DNA of 64,000 bases from Catajapyx aquilonaris. Its lineage: Eukaryota. The translations under genes were made by a program, and so were the position numbers. Positions 11,101 to 24,300 of this stretch are shown in pieces. Every line of letters begins with the position of its first letter. The first letter of the stretch is position 1. The notes under the pieces are model-generated. The model searched no databases. It had not been told where the DNA came from and saw nothing but the letters and a program-made list of their open reading frames with translations. Where the stretch lies: assembly GCA_000934665.2 (NCBI GenBank), contig KZ537959.1, forward strand, positions 124,001 through 188,000, read 5' to 3'.

Positions 11101-14100
11101 TGCCTGCCTGCCTGGCTGCCATTCATTAGTGTCGAGGAGAAGTTGGCCGCGGCTTCCGCCGCCCCAAAAGCCCCAAAGACACTTGGACTAACGGGTGGAG
11201 GTAATGGATTTATTGGGCTTTATCGTCCCCGAGCCACTTGTCTCCCCAAAGAACCAAGGCGGAAGGGATGAGGACAGCATGCAGACCGCTGATTGCTGCT
11301 CTCCCAGCGAGCGAAGGAACAGAGACGGATCCATCACCAGGGTATCCCGGCATGCGGCACCGTCCTGAGTGAGTGAGTGACTGAGTGAGTGAGAAAGGTG
11401 ATGTCCCGTCTGCCAGCAGCTTTCATACACGTACCGTGTGTGCTGATTGGAGAAGGTCCCAAGGCTGTGCTGCTGCTGCGCCAACAATTTGGATTGACTC
11501 CGGCCGTTAGGAGTTTACGGGCACACACTGGCCTTATTGGCATCTGGCAGTATTCCCCCCACTCTTCCGCTGGTGCGTCTCTTTACGATGATGGCAAGAG
11601 CCAGCAAGAGAAATAAGTTGCAGCAGCAGCTCCTCGGGAATAAGTGGCAGGCGCTTTATGCTGCAGCGTCGGGGAATAAAACCCGCGCGACATGTTGCAC
11701 GTCGATATACCTTCATTAAAGAAGCCTGCCGACATCTTTCCTTCATTACGCCCAGCAACAGCCCACTTTATACCCCTCTCCGGGGCCCATAAGAGTAATG
11801 GAGAAGGGATGTATGTCAGACCCTGTCCAAAACCTTACTTGCTCACACCGTCAAGAGGATGCGACGATCTTTGTCGATCAATGGAGGTCGGTGGCAGACA
11901 AGCCTGCAGCTTGAATAGGTGGATAAGTAGGGCAGCAGCAGCATCCTCCCCGTCGTCCGTGGAAAGCGAGCCACCACCGCATGGGAAGCTAGGCGGCTGT
12001 TAATGCGCCTGTTCCGGGCTGGCAGCAGGGAGGAAGGTGGAGCAGGAGGACCAAGTTTTAATCGGCCCCTCTAGTGCTGGCTCTGATGAAAAGATAGGCG
12101 CAAGTTGGGCTGCAGAGTCTTCCTTCTTGGCCCAGCCTAATGGCCGACGCCTGCCTGGCTTTTAACGACTCCGGTTTCCCCAAGGCGACCCTCCTCCATA
12201 ACGCCCGCCTTCATACCCCGCCCTTAAAAATTCATCTCTTCATTACTCCTGCACCAATCGCGCCGGACCACTCTAGCAAGCCACGCTTACCCAACTTGAC
12301 CAACTCTCTTGCTAACTTCTTTTTCACCTCCACGCCGCGCCGGGATGCTGCTGGGGATATATTACAGGGCTTCGGAGCTATTTGCGGAGCTCCCCTATTC
12401 CGATGATGTTGAGGATTAGGTGCAGAGCTGCAGGTAGATCAATTATGCGCACGACAAGGATTGGGCCGTGTTTAATTAGCAGGTCGTTTTATATTGGGGA
12501 AAAAATGATGTTGGAAGAGCTGCGGTTGAAATCGAATAGCTGCTGTTTAAAAATGCGCCACGTATTCATTGCGTGTGATTCGCCTAACAAATTGCAAAGA
12601 GCCTGTCGGCAAATATTGGTAGTGCATAAATATAGTCAATGCAGCGAACAGTACCAACGGGTATTATTTTTGTTCTCGCTTGTTTAGAGTGGGAGGATAA
12701 TCATAGTGAATTGACTTTTTTTGTCGCTGCATTGAATTACCGCAGCTGCACACTGTACAATTTGTATCGCAGCAATCATGTCCCAGCATGATGGATGGAA
12801 ACTGATAAAATACGCAGTCGTTTGGCCATTTGGAAGTGACTCGTTGCGACCGGCATTTATTGTTAGTTTCTCGGTACGGGCAGTTTTGGAGAAACTGGTG
12901 CAGCTCCACATCATAACAGCAGAAATATTGTACCATGTGTTGACGTATTGCTGAAATCCTTCAAAGCCACATCCACTTCCTGGCTCACGAGTCTGAAATT
13001 ATTGTGCAAAATGCCAACAGTTTCCGAATGAGCATCGCTGCTGCAATGGCCTATTTGGGAATTGGTTGCGGTTTGATTGAAATGTGGTGTGCAGGCAGGC
13101 ACTGCAATGCATGATGGGAGAGCGCACCTGCTACTTCGTCCGGAATCGAATGCGATTTCATGTCTGAAAGAGTGACGTCTGTTGCATGCGTCGAAGGCTG
13201 CCCAAATCTACATGCCGGATAATCCCAGCGCGCGCAACCAAAGACGTGATTAGGAGAATGGGACAACGAGCAAAGTGATTACTTAAATTCGTCATGTATC
13301 CGGGGAAGAAATGACAAAGTTCTGGAGTCAGTAAGAAAGTGGGTGGTGCAAAAAGGAAGTAGACAAAGCCGGCCTTCCATTGCGACTGCCAACGTTTTCT
13401 CTTTGTGACGTGCTAGGAACCAGAAGAAGGGAGGAATGGAAATGTGGGCCCGCATTCTTCTTCAGTACAGTATCTCCACTTCCCTTTGTCACTTCCAGTT
13501 TAAACTCCTTTTCTGCTGAAGAAATGGGCTTGCTTCCTTCTCTCCACCCTGCTACAGGACTCATTGTTTTTGCTCCCGATACGCTCACACCTGCCAACAA
13601 TGCTGCACTCGTGTCCGTTTGCAATGTGGACCGGCGACAACACTGAGTAGACAAAAGCCCTGGACTATTTTCGTCAAGTGCTTGGCTCGGCATCAACGGC
13701 AGCCCCCCCGGATGAAGAAAAGTGGGAGATAGTCGGAGGAATTGTGGACCTAATTTAATTCCCTGTCCCGCCTGGTTAAGAGTTGGTACCTCCTCCTTTG
13801 TATTGAGCCGACTCTTGTAATTTGTTTAATCTTGTCCTGCTTCCCGCATCCCGGAGATTAATGAGCGGAAGAAAGCGGCGGGACGGGGACCCATTCCAAC
13901 GGAATTAATATTTTTGTCCTCCTGTCTTCACCGGCGAGGCCGCCTTGGCAGTAAATAAGATCCGGACACTCCTTTCGCCTCGTTGCCGCCTTGATTCGCA
14001 GGCTAGTGCTGCAATTTCTCGTCGGGAAATGACGAACTACAATGATTAGTGAGTGATCCCGGCTGTCTGAAAGTTTTTGAGCTCATTTTCCTGGATATGT

Positions 14101-16846
14101 TCCCCCACGTCTTCCTGTCCCATTCAGGTTGCTTTCATTGTCGGCTGCGGCTCAGTTCTATCCGAATTTAGCAGGAGGAGATGTGACAGCTTGCACAAAG
14201 TCTAGGGTAGTTGAGAATCAGTTGAAAAAGTTGAGTGGCCTTGCCCCCCCCACCCGCCNGAGGGGGTGACGCAGGCAGTGCTTATCACTAACCTTTTGCT
14301 GCGAGGCTTGTGACGTTCCTCACGATTTGCGCCTGATTAAAATGGATGGGCCAAGTGGACCGGAGAAATCCGGGTGGGAAGGAGGGGAAATCTCTTCGCT
14401 AACTTTGGACTCGTTTTGAAGCGGCCAGGAAACGATCGGATTTGTGCGCAGGGACTAACTTGGGAATTATTGCGATTGCTGTGGCCCGCGTCCCAAAGCC
14501 CACCGACACTCTAACCGGGCTCGCTTGATGAGAGGGATTTGCGTTTACGTGCCAGCCCATACAAGGATCATGTTGGGTGGGGGATGTCAGGCCCGTTATT
14601 GTTGTTGAAAAAGGAGGCCTGGAGTAACCTGGACAATATTGGCCATGCTGCCATCTTTCGCTTTAAATTGCTCGAGTAATGGAGGTTTCTGGTGGGGTTG
14701 AAATCTCGCGTCTCTGCTGTGGATTGATATGGATGAATTGTATCAGGCCTTTTAAAAATGTAATTCATTTGCTTACTTATGTGATCTTAGTTGGCACCAT
14801 ACTCTGCCCTTTAAATATTTTCTCTGCTCTGAAACTTGGAGGCATCCGTAAATTACAGCGGACGTCTTAGGGAAGCAAATGTCAGAACCGTCAAAAGTAA
14901 ATTAATTCAATTAACTAGTTTTGGCCATACTTCGCTTTGAGAACGCTCTATAAAAACGAAGTTAATGCCATCCTTTTTGTTGCATCCACAGTCGTTAAAA
15001 GAATAATTTAATTCTCCACCTTTTATTAAAACGGGTAACTTCATCACGCTTTTTTTCTTCCATATCTGGGGTTGTTAGTGACTACTGTTGTTTTTAACGT
15101 GACTCATTTGTGTGCAATGCTATTATGCTGAACATCTTGAATAATGCAATGGTTTATTGATTGACTGACCAGTTGACATTTTATAATGTATTAACAACAG
15201 AAAGGCACTGCAGTGTCATTTCGACACAATACTGATGAATCAGTTGGATTGATAATTTAGTGGGAAATAGTATCACCATTTAGTTGTTACCTATTGTGTT
15301 TGCAAGCATCACTGACATGTGTAGGCTTTATTTTTGTACCAGTTTTGTAATTCGCAATGGACGAGATACGAGTATTATCGATGTATATTAGTATTTTTAA
15401 AAACATCCTATAGACACGAGGAAGACCTGTGCACGGCAAATGCGTCGCTCTTAGATTGGAATCGAAATTACGTAGCTCTAAGGGAACATTTGTAGATGGA
15501 GGATTAATGGTGGGTATACGTTGGGGAGTAATTTTGTTGCATAATCATTTCAAGCGGCAACGGCAGTTTGGAACAATATTCCGCAGCATTTTCACGTATG
15601 AAACACAGTCATTGTTTTCTTTCCACAATAAAATGTCACAATAGGTGGCTGCAAATGTAGGAGTGCGCCGGGCGAGATATATGTGAGTTTACAAAACGGA
15701 TAGGAAGGATGACTGAGGGGGAGAGGTGGAGGGAGGAGGGAAGAGCAGAGAGCGAGTCTTTGTTTTTATGGTCGGGACCGGGGAGGCCATTTGTGCTGAT
15801 ACAGGGACAAATAGCTGCGAATGTCCCAGATGAAGGCCTGCAGCATATTCCGCGCCTCCCTTACAACCTGCCCGCCGCTTTTATGATTGTGGCATGGCTA
15901 TGGAGGCGGGGGGAAGGAGGGGGAAGGAGAGGGAAGGAGAGGGATGTGTGGGTTGGCGTCTCTTCTTACCTATATATTTCAACACGAGCTTCGTCTTTCT
16001 CTGCGCAAGATCGATGCAGTCGTGGCCGGCTGATACTCGGTCTTGGTCATCCTAGTGGTCCTCCTCCGATGTCAATCCCAAATGGTAATGGGTCCCCGGG
16101 TACCACTCTACTCCTTCTTCACCTTCCAGTCGACCCACTAACGCTTCCTTACATTTATCTTCACTCAGTGTTTTTTCGGCTGATGGATGCAGGAATGAAT
16201 ATGCGGGCTCAAATGCCTTGTAAATGCACTTTTACTAGCAGTCATTTTAGATGATTTGCAGCCGTATCCTGCGCGGTAAATTATTAGTGTTGCGGTGTAG
16301 GTAAGGTGACTGTTAGATAACGGGAATGAAGACATCAATTTTGGATATCTCCTCAGAACACCACTTCTGGCGAAAAGAGAAATTATTGTCTCCACTCCTG
16401 GTATAGTCATTGGAGGGTCGCTGTCATTCTTAATCAAGTCTCTGAGCTTTCAAGTGACTTGGGATTCCACTGAGCGCCGAGAGGGAAGGTCTAGAAAGTT
16501 AGCATCCTGCACCAGCGGAGGTGCTTCATTACCAATAGGTATACCTGGTGATCAAGTGTAATTAAGCGGGAGGGACGTCGTAGCGTCGCCTATTTTGGTT
16601 TTCGATAGTTATACGTATGGAAAGCTACAGTTTTCTTCCAGTTGTATTCCAGTTGTTATATTTGAACTTGAAATTTATTTGAAGGCCCCTGTCGTCATTT
16701 GATAGAAGGCATGAGACTGGTAAATATGGTCTGATTTATGTTTCACATTATGGCGTGCCCATTTTGAGAAACTGTGCGCTTGCAACGATCTGTTTGACAT
16801 GGCAGACGTCAGCCGCATCACTCTTCAATGTCATAATTACTGCGTT

Positions 16847-17110
16847 AACCGAAGCAGGTTGGTGTGGTGGTTAAGGAGCCCGACTGCTAATAGGGAGGTC
16901 CTGGGTTCGAATCCCGGGGTCGGCAACCTTGCCCGTGGTTTTGTGTGCTATTCCACGGTCCCCCCAGGATAATTCCGGGGTTGTTTCCGTATAATAGGCC
17001 ACAGCCGCTTCATTCCCTCCCTATCTTTTGTCACAGCCAATGGTGGTACTCCACCCCCCTAATGGAGCGCCGATTCTCCCAATGGGGTATAAATATTTTT
17101 TTAAAAAAAG
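16847..17110 (+). mobile_element. tRNA-derived SINE, apparently full length, with target-site duplication
   Basis: A-box-like TGGTGTGGTGG (16860-16870), anticodon-arm-like CCCGA-CTGCTAA-TAGGG and canonical B-box GGTTCGAATCC (16904-16914). These are followed by a non-tRNA body and a T/A-rich tail. The direct repeat ACTGCGTT flanks it (16839-16846 and 17111-17118). Confidence 0.88.
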
Positions 17111-17156
17111 ACTGCGTTGACGCCATTTGGAACGGAGGTCTTGTTATGTAATTATT

Positions 17157-17200
17157 TTATTTTTATTATTTTTACGTTACACCGTGATAAGGCTTAGCCT
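17157..17200 (-). mobile_element. 44-bp 5'-truncated retroposon tail with 18-bp target-site duplication
   Basis: The exact direct repeat TCTTGTTATGTAATTATT occurs at 17139-17156 and 17201-17218. On the - strand the insert reads AGGCTAAGCCTTATCACGGTGTAACG followed by the A-rich tail TAAAAATAATAAAAATAA. Confidence 0.7.
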
Positions 17201-20200
17201 TCTTGTTATGTAATTATTGAATAACATATTTTAAATTTGCTATGAGACCTTCCGTTAGACCTAATCATTACCGATATATAAAAATTGTTATGAAATACTT
17301 CTCTCTCCTCGCTCAAATAGTATAGGTATGCATTAATACGATCACCAGTGTACGTGTTTGAATTTAATCGTACATGTGTGCAACGATATTGCTGTTGTGG
17401 CATCTTGCATACTTGTGGGCAAGGGAAATTAACTCTGTAGTACATAGTTTTATGGCCGAACTTGTTGTTTCAGGCATATATGAACAGAGTTTGTGTGACT
17501 ATTATAGCCTCGGTAGTAGTTCGGTGCCCCCATCAACTGAACACACGGTGTAACGATTTTACCAGCCATTTGCTGTCGGTGGTGGTGTATGGGCGGTACT
17601 GGAAGTTTCTTCTTACCGGTACTAGTGCAAGAGGTACAATTTGGAACAAGCGGGTGGGGAGGGTAGAGGTGTGGGATAGGGCTTCCCGCTGAATAATGCT
17701 CTCACTGGCTATAAATTCCACTGGGGTCAGTAGCAGAAGCAGCGCCGGGCAATATTCCCAAGACTATAAAAGTTGCTTCAACTCTATTATTGGAACCTGA
17801 ATTCTTCCTGGAATTGACACGGCGCGATACAACGCAGATCTTTTGAGCTAAGCGGACGCGCAGTAGTTGACGAATTGAAGGTCTTGAAGGAAGAAATAAT
17901 TTCTTAATATATTATTGATTTGCAGGAGCACTTTTAACATCGCAAATGATAGTTCAGGTGCACTAAAAATACACACAGGGGCGGTGGACTCTGGAGTATA
18001 CTACTGGTCTACGCGTAAACAATTTTGGCCGGAAATGCCAGTAATTTTGTTTTTCTTTGGGGGTTGGCGACATCTACACATGCCCCCACCCCACCTCTCT
18101 GTCCATTTCCCTCTCGACCTGTTAGCTCAGTTTGTTACACCCTAACATTTTTGAATGCACTCCCATTTTTGCCAAATGCCTGGCCGTTTTCTTCCAAGCC
18201 AGGAAGCCGGTGATAGTGAAAGAGTTCAAACAGAACGACGTCCGTTCTTGCGTCCGTAGGCACCCTACCGCCCCCCTCCTCCACCACCTACCGCCCCCAC
18301 CATCCATCCGTCCCACTTGGCCCAACTGGCGGCGTCCGGAATGGGCGATGAGGGCCATGGCCTCTCTTCCTTTGCCTCATTTCTTCTTCAACGACATTTG
18401 ACACTCGGCCGGCGTCCTGCCTTTTTTCATCGCCTCTCTGCCCGGAGCCGCCTAGCTGACACTTGCGACACTTTCTGCCAAGTGGATGGCGCCACCCCAG
18501 GCCGACCCCTCAACCCTTACACATTCGGCCTGCCTGCCACAATGCATCATCACCATCTAGCTTTCCCTCCCTCCCTCCCTCCGAACAAGAAGCCTGGAAT
18601 CGGCAACAACAACAAGCAATAATGAAAATGTAAATGGCCTTATCAGCAGCCGTGTTGGAATGAGGAAAATGCTACGTGTAATCCGCTGGATATGAATCTG
18701 AATTGGCAGGCGGGCAGGCAGCAAATCGGCATGGCAGTGAATGAAATGCATGGCGTGAGCTGCGTGTCATTCACCCGACATGCAGCGTAAATCGATGGGT
18801 AAGCAGCGGAACCATCACCATATTGGAGAGTGGTGGCAACCATCGGGTGACCAACTGTATCGACTTGGAAAACCGGCTGGCTGGTATAGGAGGCAAAGGC
18901 GGCAAAGGAGGCCTGGAGGCGTAATTCTCCCGGTTGAAAAGAGGTGTGGGGGGTGGGTATTGTGCTGCCTGCGATATATGGGGCCGATTAGCATGCATAT
19001 GCGACCGCCGCTCCAGGCCACCTCTCAGCCGGAACTGCCGCAGCCATGGACCAAGATGGATGGATCTGGAGAGGAGGGAAGGAAGGTACCGAGCTGGCAA
19101 CGGTGGAAGGGCAGTTGGGAGATTTTAGGCCTGGATATATGGAGATCGATTATATTGAAGCATTAGCTTTCCCAAGTGCTCTTCTTTGTAATGACTTTTT
19201 TGGAGAGTGCAGTAATTACTGACAATTGGAGCCATACCTGGCGCTATCTCCGGCTATTTCTGCTCCTTTCTCCCCCCACACTTCTTCATCACGCATAATT
19301 GCAAGCTCGGAATGGCTGGCGCGGAGGCACAAACTAGGAATCAATAGATTAATTTGGGATTAATGGGTCGAGGAGAAGAGATGATTCCCTTTTCCTTACA
19401 TTTCTCTCTGTATTGACTTTGCCTTCTTCCTCTGTTAACTTCATTACGGTTTATCCTTGTGACGTCAGCCCAAAAGTACTAATGAGCTCGAAACGCCTTC
19501 TCGTTGAAATGACGTATTCAGTTAGGAGGATGATGGCCCGAGTCGGGATTGGAGAATCGAGATATGCGCTCCCGTCTCCGGAACCAATTGCCCCTGGCTG
19601 ACTTTTTATCGTCGCCATCCTTTTTGCTTCCCCGGCGCTGGCTGCAAAGCTGCTGGATATGATGCCTCTGCTGCCGCTGCGGCAGCAGCCTCACTTGCAT
19701 AGCTTCCACCACCACGGCCCGATTGATTTCTCCATTTGCTCAGTGCATCCGTGCGTGCAGGGGGTGTACTGGAAAGTAATAACGCACATGTCCAGGTCGG
19801 GAAGGAGTTAGAGGCAGAAAGAGGAAAATCACTGTGTGGCAGCCAGATATTGGCTCTTTCCTTGTCGTGCTTTCCTTCCGTCTTTCCCATTTTCTTTTTG
19901 TGCTAAATGGGGGGCGAACGGGTTTTTGTTCTCTCTCCTTCCTAAACCTCTTTCTTTCTCCGGGAAGTAACCTCCTCAGATTGGTGACGGCTCGGGGAAG
20001 CATCTGGGAAAAGGAAATGGCGAGCTCCGTAATTCCCCTCTGGGGCTGTCACCAGGAGGAAGTGCGACTGTCACGCCCTCCTCTTTTCATTCCCACTTTG
20101 CTACCCCGCCAAAAGAAAAAAAATACGGAAAGGGGAAAAAAAACGCTGATGAAGAAGAAGAGACAGCATTCGAACACTGGAATACCTTGTGTATTGTTCT

Positions 20201-21280
20201 CTAATTGTGTTATGTTTTTTTCATTTCTTTATTAGAAGAGTCATGATTACACGGCAATGGCAGATATCTAGTTGTCTGGTTACATTGGGCACATACCACA
20301 AAGCATATTGAGAGAACAGTATTACATTCTTGACTCATTTTCACATCACAGATGAGAACAGTGTCGGACTCATGTGGCCAGGTATAGTGTATAAGGGGTC
20401 GTTGCGGAATCAGGGTGCAGGGAAGGGTAGATGGGGTTGGTGGATTGCCAGGCGCGTTCTCCAGACGACTCATCCATTATCGGAAAGTCCATTCATGCGC
20501 ACCATTTAGTTGGACTTAGAATGGTTTACTGCTGACCGCTAGAGATAAAGCCGGCGCTTTTATCGGATTCTGGTNCCCCGTGTTTTTTTCCCCCCTGTCC
20601 TCCTCCTCGGTAGGCCGGCGGAATGTCTATCGGCGACTGCATCTCCATCAGGTGGAGGAAATTGTGGCCCATTTTTCTTGCCCCCTTTGGCCCACCCGAA
20701 TTTTGGTCACGCGAGCCTCCCCCTCATATATTCTCCTTCCCCACCCAACAATCCCACAAAGGAAGAAAAGCCAGGAATCCGGCACGAATAGGAATTTGAT
20801 TTATAGAAGTCACAGCGGGGGAATGCGTTGTCGGATTTGTTATTGTTTTGCATTGTATTTAAACGGACCGAAAATGATGGCAAGCACGAGGTATATGTAA
20901 TGCTCGAAAGGCAGGAATCCAGTCCCATGTCCTATGGAGAAGGATAGAAAACTTTGCTCTTAATGCTGACTGCGATATCTGCATGAGAGGTATATAGGAA
21001 AAGATCGAGTTGGGGAAAAGAAATCTGAGAGAAGGATGGGACTCACTCTCCCTGGGCTTCCTGCTGGGCCTCCCCCGGATTTGGGCTTAGGGAAGAAGGG
21101 ATGGGAGGGGACCAACTTTTGCTGAGTTGGAGCTGACTGCTTGGCTGCTTGCTTGCTTGCTTGCTGCCGACTTTCAGGCTGAGCCCACTTTTCCTTTCTC
21201 TGCAGATAAGAGTTTCACCTGCTGTACACTCGGTGACGAGAAGTTGTGAATTTGTTGATATTGTTGTGGGTGAATTTTTC

Positions 21281-21363
21281 ATGACAAGTTTTTGTTCTCT
21301 CTTTTTTTGCAGGTGAGTACCAGACCTTGTTGTGATTGGTAGGGACTCTGGTGGAAGGTAAGG
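21281..21363 (+). promoter_or_regulatory. Candidate recursive splice site (ratchet point) with 45-nt cryptic exon
   Basis: Pyrimidine tract 21289-21308 (19/20 pyrimidine), then GCAG|GTGAGT with the junction at 21312/21313. A second donor AAG|GTAAGG follows at 21357/21358. Confidence 0.7.
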
Positions 21364-24300
21364 GTTCGATATTCGACCTTTGCGACGTAGAAAGAAACGT
21401 AGTGCGCAGTGGAGGGGGGATTGCGAATAATCCGGGAGCCGTTTGGCGGAAAAGCGCCAAGTTTGTGGTACTCGTGCCCTGCGTTGCTGCCAATTCGTAC
21501 ATGGAAATGAGGCTGGGTGGGTGGGTGGGTGGGCGTCGAGTGGGTGGGGCCCGTTTGGCCGCATGCTGTTGGCACCCCTCATCTAGCTGGCCGGGGCGTT
21601 GGGTGCTGCAGCAGCAATGGCGGAAGAGAGAGGGCGCAGATATTCGCGAACGTGTCTCTTCCGTACGTTGGCGATCAGGCGGATCAAATAGAGAGAAGGG
21701 CTGGGGATTTGCGGAGATTCGCCGGAAGAGAATCATTGGCGATTAATCCCGAGCTCCAGAGGAGCAATTTCGGAGGAAGCTTCCACTCTGGTGAAGTTGG
21801 CATCTCCTATGTCCCGCAGAGGGGGTGGCCACCGCCACTGGCTGGGGCGGTGAGAAGAAGGGAGGTGGATGAGAATATAAAAAAAATCGCGGGGGCAAAT
21901 GAAGAAAAGAGCGGGAAATGATTGAAGGGGTGGTCGGAATGAGCGGGCGGGATTGGCTGGGAGATGATGGGCTCGGGGAGCAGGCAAGAAGAAAATGATT
22001 TTGCACCGCTTCCCAGAAGACTCGCAATTTCCCACCCTCCTTCCCCTCGATCCTCCCCCTCTCCTTCCTCCACTTGGCGAATCCTTATCCCTGTCTTAGT
22101 TCCGGCTGGAAGATCACTCTGAAAGGGCGCTCCCTTAGCGCCCCCATCATTCCTCTGAACAGCATGCCCCCTCCCCAATCAACTTAAGCAGNNNCCCCCC
22201 CCGTCTCCCTTTCCTCCTGGACTAATTGATGTGCTCTTGCTGGAGCAGGATTACTTAGCCTTTGCAACTGACCTTTTCCCGATGCCCTCCCTGTCTTCGG
22301 CGACACTCGCATGTAGGAAGCCAATCGATCAACTTAATTCTTCGATTGGAAATAATTGTGTTTTGAATGCCACGATCTAGTGTCTACTCCCAAGTGTTGG
22401 TACAGGTTAGAGTGGTATAGGCTGTGATGTCCACGGCCAGCGGAGTTGAGCCGGTCCCAGAGGGGAGGCTCGGTATAGGGAGGGAGGTCAATTGGATCTA
22501 GAGTATTAACTGGTTCCGAGCCGACATGGGCTTAAAGCCACCACATTGCACAGTATCAGACGGAGTTCCCTTTGTCTTCTGGATTAAAGTCATGACTGGA
22601 AAACGATAGCAGGCAATGAGCCGAAGGGCCATCGGAATGGATCTCGATGAAGGGAAGTCAATAAGTTGCCTTTATTTATTTCTTGTTTCGGGACAAGTAT
22701 GGGATCTCACAGAGGGGAATTGCGGTCTTCTGATCTTTTAGTTATGGAAGGGGGTGCATACAGTAGTTCGGGAGCATTCATTAGGGTGGCGCCAGCAGGC
22801 ACAGAAATGGGGGCAAGGGAACTGGATCGGACCCCCCGGCCAGATGGTATTTAATATGTATGATCAGACTGATATAAGCACGCCACGCAATGTATCTGGG
22901 GTGTTCCGTAATAAGAATTAGTTTTATAAAATACAAATAATATGATACAGAAAAGCGTACCCCATTTGTTAGACTCCACGTAGGCCTACTTGTGAATGTT
23001 CTAGTGTTGTCCCGATTAGGTAGGATGAGCCAAATAACCAAATAGGTAAGATGAATGATTCATTATCTCTTGGAAGATGGTGAATTGGTGATGGGTTGCA
23101 TTCGGTGTGCAGTAACTTCTGAAAACCCTGACTACTTTGGAACTTCGATTTTAGGTGAGGCTGTTTCCTCCATTGCGTGTTCCAGATCAATATTTTTTAT
23201 GGTGTGCTAATAATAGAAAGCCATAGATACATCTGAAACATTAATTGGAATTACAGTTTTTAACTAGCAAAGTTGTTGTCTACCCCAGGCATTTCCTTGC
23301 TGTGCACTCTAGGTACTGTACCAGTGTAACATCGCTGCATACTGTATATAGGATTGAACTGAGGTGTTGGTGTCAAGTATAGCGATTTGGTGTAGGAGGC
23401 GTGGAGATGGCGGGCGGGGCGGGCCTATATGATGAGGAGGGGGATTTATAGCCTGGTTGCTATGCATGGGAAGAGGGGTTGGGGGATTGGGGAGGGCAGG
23501 GGAAGAGTAGGGAGGGTCAGCGGGCCGTGCCATCCCATCTCATCACATGGCCCCTTTTTTATCCCCTGGATAGTCTATAAATATTGACGGCAGGAGAAGG
23601 ACGGGCGGCCACTTCACTATTTCTGTCCGCCCATTCATGCTCTGATGCAGCACAAGGTGTGATAATGCGAATTTGATTCCAGGGCTGGCTAAGTATGATT
23701 CAGTCAGAAAGTTCCCGGCTGGCTTAAAGCTGGGTGACTGGTAGATTCCTCTTATAGTGTGAGTGGTGCCGTCTCGTTGGGAGCAGAGGCCGATCGGAGG
23801 CAATTTTGGGGAATCGGGCGGCGGATGGGAAAAGAGTTTTCGGGGGGATGAGCTCGGGGAGTGGATCGGACAGTAAAGAATGGCTTTGGGCCCCATCCAA
23901 AGTCCAAGTCATAGGCCGCCGCAGCAGCAGCAGCAGCAAGCAGAGAGAAGGAGGCAGGGTAGCAGTCAAGTTGGTCTTCACCTTTTCTTCGATGCTCTTT
24001 GACCAAGCGCTCTTCACCCACGGATTTGAGTCCATTCTCTTCACCTGGAGTTTCATGGCTTGTTTTGCCACTGGGGCACTCTTACGCATAATTATGCAAG
24101 TCCTGAAGTGACAGGCAGTATATTAAGTGGTGGACTTTTATGAACTTCTAAGCGCGGAGTAACTGCTCATAAATTACTTGCTGTTCCTATTTACCTTTCG
24201 CTGTTATAACAGCGTGATAAGTTTTCCTTGTGTACGAGTATCTGGGCTGGGTCGAATTTCCGAATGCAAATTTTATCGAATTTCCTAGTCCGCATGTTTT

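Noticed and set aside
16850..16925. tRNA-Ser(GCT) gene
   Set aside because: It lacks the long variable arm and a paired acceptor stem, and continues into a SINE body with tail and TSD.
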